This document shows positions 1 to 6,013 of a stretch of 11,775 bases of DNA, piece after piece. The position numbers and the translations under genes were made by a program. The DNA comes from a virus. Under the pieces are notes generated by a model, which saw only the letters and a list, made by a program, of their open reading frames with translations, did no database searches and was not told where the DNA came from. The DNA is taken from positions 1-11,775 of the IMG/VR virus record IMGVR_UViG_3300045988_040311; one strand, written 5' to 3'. Numbering within the stretch: the stretch's first letter is position 1; each line of letters opens with the position of its first letter.

Positions 1-49
1 ACGAGATTACGTACGGTGACTGGAGTTCAGACGTGTGCTCTTCCGATCT
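1..49. other. Illumina TruSeq indexed adapter (reverse complement); technical sequence, not biology
   Basis: 16-49 = GTGACTGGAGTTCAGACGTGTGCTCTTCCGATCT. 8-15 is the reverse complement of the 8-nt index CGTACGTA. 1-7 is the reverse complement of ATCTCGT. The segment is the exact reverse complement of 11727-11775. Confidence 0.95.
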
Positions 50-69
50 AAATATGCACAACGACCCCT

Positions 70-111
70 TTTTTAACTTTTCCCAACACATTTTTAACAT
101 TCGCCAACAGA
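70..111. repeat. Tandem 21-bp direct repeat inside the ITR (TTTTTAAC-N5-CCAACA-type), mirrored at 11665-11706
   Basis: 70-90 tttttaacttttcccaacaca versus 91-111 tttttaacattcgccaacaga, 17/21 identical. The period of 21 bp is about two helical turns. Confidence 0.6.
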
Positions 112-145
112 GTTTGGCACGCTTTTTGCATAGGCCGTGCCAAAC
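112..145. repeat. ITR hairpin/inverted repeat: 10-bp perfect stem, 14-nt loop (mirrored at 11631-11664)
   Basis: 112-121 gtttggcacg is the reverse complement of 136-145 cgtgccaaac. The loop is ctttttgcataggc. Confidence 0.6.
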
Positions 146-251
146 CTCCATAAACCTAAAGAAAAAAAGCACCTACGAACAGCTATTTGGCCCGATATTT
201 GCATAGCAAAAAAACAAAAAATAACCTTTTAAGATATTTTAATACTAAAAA

Positions 252-285
252 TTTGCATTAAGTACACAAAGTAACTACCTTTGCA
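252..285 (+). promoter_or_regulatory. Candidate early promoter, Bacteroidota sigma-AB type (-33 TTTG / -7 TAnnTTTG)
   Basis: TTTG at 252-255, a 20-nt spacer, then TAccTTTG at 276-283 followed by CAAT. It lies 35 nt upstream of the first ATG (318). The architecture matches the element at 7524-7557. Confidence 0.6.
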
Positions 286-317
286 ATATCAAAATTAAAA
301 AACAAAACATTACAGCA

Positions 318-578
318 ATGAAATACGGCATTTATTACACAGCGAGTAACAGCGACGACAATCACCAAAAAAAGTCACGGGGGTGGTACAACGAAGTACC
401 TTATAGCACATTGAGACAAGCAAAAGCTGCCTTAGAGGGCGTTGCGTGTATGCTCACTGAAGATTGTTACAAGTGCACTTACAAAGATAGATTAACGATG
501 ACGGCTGAGCGCACAGACAACAAGCCGCAGCCCACCACCGACCGCGTTATATTTCATATTTGCGTATATCACTACTAA
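318..578 (+). CDS. Hypothetical early protein (86 aa)
   Basis: First ORF downstream of the candidate early promoter, on the same strand as all other genes. No motif recognised. Confidence 0.55.
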   Translation: MKYGIYYTASNSDDNHQKKSRGWYNEVPYSTLRQAKAALEGVACMLTEDCYKCTYKDRLTMTAERTDNKPQPTTDRVIFHICVYHY

Positions 579-589
579 AATATAATACA

Positions 590-943
590 ATGGCAACTAC
601 AGCACAAATGTACGATGAGATTACACGAATATTGCGCGTAACTCGTAACAATGTAGAACACGAGGCAGAACGTAACAATTCGCAATTACTTAGCGATGTT
701 GCGGTAACTATCGACAACATTGCAACCTTAGTACAAAACATTAGTACTGAGATAAAGACAGCACAAGAGGAAGAAAGTGACGCTTTTGTAATTGCTTGTG
801 CTTACATTATTAACAGAGGCTTATCTAACGATTTTACAACGTTCTTAAGAGAAAAAGTTGCAACATCAAGCGAGAGATACAACCACGAGTTTTACAACAA
901 TGCGTACAACTTATTTATAGAACGTTTCACGAAGCGAGTTTAG
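590..943 (+). CDS. Hypothetical early protein (117 aa from ATG 590; the track ORF starts at 560)
   Basis: The ORF track gives 560..943. ATG 590 avoids overlap with the upstream ORF (stop at 578). The sequence looks mostly helical and no family was recognised. Confidence 0.6.
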   Translation: MATTAQMYDEITRILRVTRNNVEHEAERNNSQLLSDVAVTIDNIATLVQNISTEIKTAQEEESDAFVIACAYIINRGLSNDFTTFLREKVATSSERYNHEFYNNAYNLFIERFTKRV

Positions 944-957
944 AACCTATTATACAC

Positions 958-971
958 GTTCCACGTGGAAC
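958..971. promoter_or_regulatory. Perfect 14-bp palindrome GTTCCACGTGGAAC in an intergenic gap (candidate operator/dimer-binding site)
   Basis: gttccacgtggaac equals its own reverse complement. It lies between the stop at 943 and the ATG at 989. Confidence 0.4.
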
Positions 972-988
972 ACAAACCAACAAACGAA

Positions 989-1198
989 ATGAAAAAGAAG
1001 ATTTTAAAGAAAGTAGGTACATTTATTTTTTGTATCTCTTACATTCTTGTTGTGGTGTCTGTACTTTACGGCTTGTGCATGGCTTTGCAAAGTTGCTCAA
1101 TGTACAAGCAGACCGACATTAACGGCCGTACAACAATTGTAACTACCGACACAACGTACATTAACCACAACACATTACTTAAATATCAAGAGAAATGA
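989..1198 (+). CDS. Small membrane protein, possible lipoprotein (69 aa from ATG 989; the track ORF starts at GTG 965)
   Basis: MKKKILKK is followed by a long hydrophobic stretch (VGTFIFCISYILVVVSVLYGLCMAL) and a lipobox-like LQSC. GTG 965 lies inside the palindrome, so ATG 989 is preferred. Confidence 0.55.
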   Translation: MKKKILKKVGTFIFCISYILVVVSVLYGLCMALQSCSMYKQTDINGRTTIVTTDTTYINHNTLLKYQEK

Positions 1199-1365
1199 AC
1201 GAAGACAGAAACGCATTCGATGAAGCGATATTTACCGCTTGTACATCATTAGGCCAACTTATGACCACCAAAGAAGTTAACGCGAACACTCGCACACTTC
1301 TTAAAATCTCGAAGTTTAGAAACTTCTTGATGAACCTCAGCAACGAACACAGCACCAACAATTAA
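1195..1365 (+). CDS. Small hypothetical protein (56 aa), below the ORF-track length cutoff
   Basis: Hand translation gives MNEDRNAFDEAIFTACTSLGQLMTTKEVNANTRTLLKISKFRNFLMNLSNEHSTNN*. The start overlaps the upstream stop as ATGA. It fills an otherwise empty 180-nt gap. The minus-strand track ORF 1179..1361 is its shadow. Confidence 0.5.
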   Translation: MNEDRNAFDEAIFTACTSLGQLMTTKEVNANTRTLLKISKFRNFLMNLSNEHSTNN

Positions 1366-1376
1366 CATTTTGAGTT

Positions 1377-1730
1377 ATGACAAGTTTCGCAGAAAAGTAC
1401 AACAAGGGCAATAAAAACCCCTTTAAGTTTGACATTAAAGACTACGTATTTACGAGCCTTAAGGAGTTATACAATGCTAAACCTAACGAGGTCCACTCGT
1501 TAGACGGCTTTTACTTCACCCGCAGCAAATTTGGTGTAAAAGTCGTGGTGGTTATGTCGGACGTCAAAAAGCTTGTTGATATGCCGATCTACCTAACAAA
1601 GATGTTTAATGACATTGTAAATGACACGGACGCGGTGAATGACATCAAGAGCGGCAAAGTTGGTTTTATTGTACGTAAGTACGAGAGCCACGGCCGTAAC
1701 TGTCACACTATTACTTTTACAGATAAGTAA
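1377..1730 (+). CDS. Hypothetical early protein (117 aa); weak candidate ssDNA-binding protein
   Basis: It sits just upstream of the TP/polymerase pair, where phi29-type phages encode p5/p6. The C-terminal GKVGFIVRKYESHGRNCHTITF loosely resembles the phi29 p5 C-terminus as I remember it. The functional call is speculative. Confidence 0.5.
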   Translation: MTSFAEKYNKGNKNPFKFDIKDYVFTSLKELYNAKPNEVHSLDGFYFTRSKFGVKVVVVMSDVKKLVDMPIYLTKMFNDIVNDTDAVNDIKSGKVGFIVRKYESHGRNCHTITFTDK

Positions 1731-1743
1731 GTTACACGCACCG

Positions 1744-1779
1744 GGGTAGGTGGTTAATAACTGCCTACCCTTTTAATTT
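1744..1779 (+). terminator. Rho-independent terminator after the early gene block
   Basis: Stem gggtaggtgg (1744-1753) pairs with ctgcctaccc (1761-1770), including two G-U pairs. The loop is ttaataa and ttttaattt follows. Confidence 0.65.
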
Positions 1780-1785
1780 GATATT

Positions 1786-2454
1786 ATGAGGTTAAAAGGT
1801 AAAATAGAATACGCTAATACTACTTTAAGCGCAACGAAACGTGCCGAACTCAAAAAAGAAATTTTGGAGAGTTACGAAAGTAGTCCCGAACTGCGTAAAG
1901 AAATAAGACGTGTGTTTCATCAAGCAAATAGACGTATTCAAAACGTTGAGAGCAAAGGTCTATTAAGCCCCGCGGTAAAAGCCTTGAATAAAGGAGGTAT
2001 TGAGGGTTTCAGCAAATTTGCGGTCGGTGATTTATCATGGGACGAGTTAAAACTAGAATACGCAAAAGCGGTTGCCTTTTTAAAACAGCCTACCAGTACA
2101 GCAGGTGGAACACGAGAATACAACGAGCATTTAAAAAAGGCGTACAATCTTACAGACGATGAATTTAATTTAATGGCCGATAGAATAAACGATAAGATAC
2201 AAAGTATATCGGACACCGATTTTGTTGAAAAATATTTAATGCGTTACAAAGATTTTACGGGCGATTTGGAGAGTGAAGCCGCGGACGTAAGTAGCCAAAT
2301 AGAAAGTGACGCGGTGAGCCTTGAAAACGCACTAGACCGAGATTTGGAAAAAGCGGCAAACGAAAAGACAAACGAAATAGAAGAAGATGTACACAACGCC
2401 TTACAAGGTGCTTTAAATTCAATCCTAGATACATTTGACAAATTTGGATTATGA
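1786..2454 (+). CDS. Candidate terminal protein (222 aa)
   Basis: It lies immediately upstream of the protein-primed polymerase and overlaps it by ATGA (2451-2454). Its size is close to phi29 gp3 (266 aa). It has a basic N-terminal part and a very acidic C-terminal part. The assignment rests mainly on synteny. Confidence 0.5.
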   Translation: MRLKGKIEYANTTLSATKRAELKKEILESYESSPELRKEIRRVFHQANRRIQNVESKGLLSPAVKALNKGGIEGFSKFAVGDLSWDELKLEYAKAVAFLKQPTSTAGGTREYNEHLKKAYNLTDDEFNLMADRINDKIQSISDTDFVEKYLMRYKDFTGDLESEAADVSSQIESDAVSLENALDRDLEKAANEKTNEIEEDVHNALQGALNSILDTFDKFGL

Positions 2455-4637
2455 AAAAGATAACGTATGAACAACATAGTGGTATTTATAAGGCAACCGA
2501 CATACAAGATATTTTGCAGTTGGCCGTAAACGACAAAAACGTAATAGGCAATAACAAAGGGTGTAAATTTTACAACGTCCCTTGTGCATTTGATATAGAA
2601 GTAAGTAGTTTTTACCGAGACGAAGACGGCAACACATATACATACGAGCAGTACAGCAAATTAGGGGTAAAAATGGAAAAGTGTGCCATTATGTACGTGT
2701 GGCAATTTGGTATAAATGGGTACGTAATAGTTGGCCGAACATGGGACGAGTTCGCAGTTATGTGTAACACGATAGCAAAAACGTTGGGGTTATCAGCGAA
2801 CAAAAAAATAATTGTGTACATACACAATTTATCATACGAATTTCAGTTTTTTCGCACCCTTTTTGAGTGGGAAAAGGTTTTTAGTATTGATTTGCGCAAA
2901 CCCCTATACGCAACTACAACTATAGGTATAGAATTTAGGTGCAGCTACTTGTTAAGCGGTTATAATTTGGCAAAATTAGGCGAGCAACTACAAAAGTACA
3001 AATGTGCAAAAATGGTTGGAGATTTGGACTACACCAAAATACGACACACACAAACAGAGTTAACACCGAAAGAATTGCTTTATTGCGTGAATGATATAAA
3101 AGTAGTGATGAACTACATACAAGAGCAATTGGAGCAAAACAAGTTAATAACAAGATTACCCCTAACAAAAACGGGGTATGTGCGTAAACATTGCCGCAAA
3201 GCAATGCTAAGCAAAAATGTTAACGGAAAAACCGCGCGTAATTGGGAATGTATCAATTTAATACAGTCTTTAAATATCAACGGCCTACATGAGTTTAATA
3301 TGCTACAAAGGGCGTTTAGTGGCGGCTTTACTCATGGCAACGCCAACCATATAGATGAAATATGTGAAAACGTTGCGAGTTACGATTTTACAAGTAGTTA
3401 CCCTTATGTTATGGTGTCTGAAAAATTCCCTATGAGTAAGGGGGTACGAGTGAACCCCCGAAACATGAAAGAATTCGAGTACTACACAAGTAAGTACCTG
3501 TGTATCTTTGACGTGGAATTTACCAACATTTTTGCAAAAGAATTGCAAGATAACCCTATAAGTGTAAGCAAATGCTATGTCAAGGTAAACCACGTAGAAA
3601 ACAATGGCCGTTTAGTTTGTGCTGCAAAGGTAGCCACTACAATAACAAACATAGACTACAACATAATACGCAACTTTTACACGTGGGGCGGTGTCCGTAT
3701 CGGCGCAATGTATTGCTATAAGGCCGACTATTTGCCAACTGATTTTGTACGTACCATTTTGGACCTATATGAAAATAAGACAAAGTTAAAAGGCGTGCAA
3801 GGAAAAGAAGTGGAGTATCTAAATAGTAAGGAAATGCTAAACAGTTGCTACGGTATGTGTGTTACTAACCCTTTGCGTGATGAGTTCGTATATGACGGCA
3901 AATGGGACGAAAACACACTAACAGACAGCGAAAAAGCAGAAATGTTGCAGAAGTACAACGAAAGTAAAAACCGCTTTTTGTTTTACCCTTGGGGCGTATT
4001 TGTTACCGCCTATGCAAGGCGCAATTTATTTACAGCGATTTATGAGGCAAAGCAAGATTACATTTACAGCGATACAGACAGCATAAAGTTAAAGAACGCA
4101 GCAGCACATAAGCGGTATTTTAATATGTATAACAATGTAGTATATAACAAATTAAAGGAAGCGTGTAAACATCACAACATAGACTTTGCCAAATGCGAAC
4201 CCGAAACCATTAAGGGAGTTACTAAAACGTTAGGCGTTTGGGACTACGAGGGGACATACAAACGTTTTAAGACGTTAGGCGCAAAGAGATATATGGTGCA
4301 AGAAGAAAACGCACTTAATGTAGGCGGCAAAAGTTATGAATATAGCCTAACAATTAGCGGTGTCAACAAAAAATCGGCTATACCATACCTCGTTAAAAAG
4401 TATGGTGACAACATATTTAACGCCTTTACAAATTACCTTGAATTTCCACGCGAAGCCACGGGCAAAAATATACATACGTACATAGACTACAAAATAACGG
4501 GTGAAGTTACCGACTATCAAGGTAAAAAATGTACATTTGCAGAAAACACGGGTGTACATTTAGAGCCAACAAGTTATAATTTATCATTAAGTGTGATGTA
4601 TCTAAATTATCTAAAGGGTATAAAATTAAAAGACTGA
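2451..4637 (+). CDS. Protein-primed family-B DNA polymerase (728 aa)
   Basis: Exo I is FDIE (D48/E50, nt 2592-2600). Exo II is HNLSYEF (N126..E130). Exo III is YCVND (Y211..D215). Motif A is DFTSSYPY. Motif B is KEMLNSCYG. Motif C is YSDTDS (nt 4065-4082). The KxY motif is GAKRY. The order and wording match phi29 gp2-type polymerases. Confidence 0.95.
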   Translation: MKKITYEQHSGIYKATDIQDILQLAVNDKNVIGNNKGCKFYNVPCAFDIEVSSFYRDEDGNTYTYEQYSKLGVKMEKCAIMYVWQFGINGYVIVGRTWDEFAVMCNTIAKTLGLSANKKIIVYIHNLSYEFQFFRTLFEWEKVFSIDLRKPLYATTTIGIEFRCSYLLSGYNLAKLGEQLQKYKCAKMVGDLDYTKIRHTQTELTPKELLYCVNDIKVVMNYIQEQLEQNKLITRLPLTKTGYVRKHCRKAMLSKNVNGKTARNWECINLIQSLNINGLHEFNMLQRAFSGGFTHGNANHIDEICENVASYDFTSSYPYVMVSEKFPMSKGVRVNPRNMKEFEYYTSKYLCIFDVEFTNIFAKELQDNPISVSKCYVKVNHVENNGRLVCAAKVATTITNIDYNIIRNFYTWGGVRIGAMYCYKADYLPTDFVRTILDLYENKTKLKGVQGKEVEYLNSKEMLNSCYGMCVTNPLRDEFVYDGKWDENTLTDSEKAEMLQKYNESKNRFLFYPWGVFVTAYARRNLFTAIYEAKQDYIYSDTDSIKLKNAAAHKRYFNMYNNVVYNKLKEACKHHNIDFAKCEPETIKGVTKTLGVWDYEGTYKRFKTLGAKRYMVQEENALNVGGKSYEYSLTISGVNKKSAIPYLVKKYGDNIFNAFTNYLEFPREATGKNIHTYIDYKITGEVTDYQGKKCTFAENTGVHLEPTSYNLSLSVMYLNYLKGIKLKD
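4530..4542 (+). promoter_or_regulatory. Possible internal promoter -7 box (TGTACATTTGCAG) upstream of the ATPase gene
   Basis: TAcaTTTG lies at 4532-4539. The 13-mer is identical to 5777-5789. It is inside the polymerase 3' end, about 100 nt before ATG 4642, and has no good -33 TTTG. Confidence 0.3.
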
Positions 4638-4641
4638 AACA

Positions 4642-5772
4642 ATGAAGAAAGAAACAAATAAGAAAGAAACGATAAAATTTTACTCGCTCACAAACATATT
4701 AAACAAAAATGCAGATTATAACATAATATTTGGCGAGCGTTCGAACGGCAAAACTTACGCCACTTTGGCGTATGGTATTAAACGTTACATACAGACGGGC
4801 GAACAAATGGCCTATATACGTAGGTGGCGCGAGGATTTACGCGGCAAACGTGCTGAAAATCTGTTTGCTAACCACGTGGCAAACGGGTATATTGAAGAAG
4901 TAACAAATGGAGAATTTAACTCTGTATTTTATATTGGCGGTAAATGGTATCTTGCAAAATACGACCACGAAAAAAAGAAGTACGTACCACAAACTACACC
5001 TTTTTGCTATGGTTTTTGCTTATCAGAGCAAGAGCACGAAAAAAGTAGCAGTTACCCCAACGTTACCACGATTGTTTTTGATGAGTTTTTAACTCGTAGG
5101 TACTATTTGCCCGATGAATTTATGTTGTACATGAACTTGTTAAGTACCATAATAAGACAGCGAGACAACGTTAAAGTATTTATGCTTGGTAACACAATAA
5201 ACAAGTTTTGCCCCTACTTCACCGAAATGGGGTTGAAGCAAGTAACGAACATGGAACAAGGCACTATCGACATATACAAGTTTGGGAAACATGGTGCAGT
5301 AGTGGCGGTGGAGTATTGCAGTACCATTGTTAAACAAAAAGCAAGTAACAAGTACTTTTGCTTTGATAATCAAAATCTTGAAATGATAACGGGCGGCAAA
5401 TGGGAAATGGCGGCCTATCCACATTTGCCCACGAAGTACAAACCAAATGACGTGCTTTTTGTGTATTACATTGTATTCAATGAATATATTTTGCAAGGCA
5501 ACATTATTCAGCACGGAAACGAAAACTTTACGTATATCCACCTAAAGACCACCCCTATAAAAGACCCCGACAACGCGCTAATATATAGCCTAACGATGAA
5601 CGGGAAACCCAACTACAAAAGAAAGTTACTAAGTAGCGCTACATACCTAGAAACGCAAGTTGCGCGGTACTTTGCAACTGATAAAGTATTTTACCAAAAT
5701 AATGAGGTTGGCGAGATTGTGAGAAATTATTTAATGACTTCAGCAAAAACTAACATTGTAAGTATAAAATAA
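4642..5772 (+). CDS. DNA encapsidation/packaging ATPase, phi29 gp16-like (376 aa)
   Basis: Walker A is GERSNGKT (nt 4732-4755). Walker B is TTIVFDE (D147/E148, nt 5080-5085). The size and single-subunit arrangement are typical of the protein-primed podovirus packaging ATPase. Confidence 0.85.
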   Translation: MKKETNKKETIKFYSLTNILNKNADYNIIFGERSNGKTYATLAYGIKRYIQTGEQMAYIRRWREDLRGKRAENLFANHVANGYIEEVTNGEFNSVFYIGGKWYLAKYDHEKKKYVPQTTPFCYGFCLSEQEHEKSSSYPNVTTIVFDEFLTRRYYLPDEFMLYMNLLSTIIRQRDNVKVFMLGNTINKFCPYFTEMGLKQVTNMEQGTIDIYKFGKHGAVVAVEYCSTIVKQKASNKYFCFDNQNLEMITGGKWEMAAYPHLPTKYKPNDVLFVYYIVFNEYILQGNIIQHGNENFTYIHLKTTPIKDPDNALIYSLTMNGKPNYKRKLLSSATYLETQVARYFATDKVFYQNNEVGEIVRNYLMTSAKTNIVSIK

Positions 5773-5776
5773 TTTC

Positions 5777-5789
5777 TGTACATTTGCAG
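5777..5789 (+). promoter_or_regulatory. Candidate late promoter -7 box (TAcaTTTG, 5779-5786) in the ATPase/late-operon gap
   Basis: It is intergenic, 21 nt upstream of ATG 5807. There is only a partial -33 (aTTG at 5755-5758). The 13-mer TGTACATTTGCAG is shared with 4530-4542. Confidence 0.5.
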
Positions 5790-5806
5790 TAATAAAACCT
5801 TACAAA

Positions 5807-6013
5807 ATGGATATTACACAAGTCACACAAATGATTTCAAATGTTGGTTTTCCCATCGCAATGTGCTTAATCGTATTTTATTACATGACAAAACACGATG
5901 AGCAGCACAAAGAGGAAACAGACAACCTACGTACAACTTTGGAGGATAACACCAAAGTTTTAAGCGAGTTATCAACCCTTATAAAAACCTTGACAGATGG
6001 CAAAGAAAGATAA
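5807..6013 (+). CDS. Small single-pass membrane protein (68 aa), YvrJ-like; holin/lysis candidate
   Basis: The N-terminal segment ISNVGFPIAMCLIVFYYM is hydrophobic and resembles the YvrJ-family signature as I remember it. A charged helical tail follows. It is the first gene of the late block. Confidence 0.6.
   Translation: MDITQVTQMISNVGFPIAMCLIVFYYMTKHDEQHKEETDNLRTTLEDNTKVLSELSTLIKTLTDGKER

Larger units (their letters stand above)
50..209. repeat. Left inverted terminal repeat (160 bp perfect; imperfect similarity continues about 12 bp further)
   Basis: 50-209 is the exact reverse complement of 11567-11726, checked block by block. The first mismatch is at 210. The terminus reads 5'-AAATATGCACAACGACCCC. 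Confidence 0.95.

Noticed and set aside
1-49. The 209-bp terminal inverted repeat appears longer than the 160-bp ITR if the outermost 49 nt are included.
   Set aside because: The outer 49 nt at each end are Illumina TruSeq adapter plus index. They are a library artefact and must be trimmed. They are informative only about where the molecule ends.
210-317. A possible phi29-like packaging RNA (pRNA) gene in the left non-coding region.
   Set aside because: Only about 108 nt of unique non-coding sequence lie here, and most is taken up by the promoter. I could not fold a convincing pRNA-like structure by eye. pRNA is documented only for Bacillus phi29 relatives.
318-400. YGIYY near the N-terminus of the first ORF, reminiscent of a GIY-YIG nuclease.
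   Set aside because: There is no following YIG, Arg or Glu motif, and the protein is only 86 aa. This is a chance resemblance.
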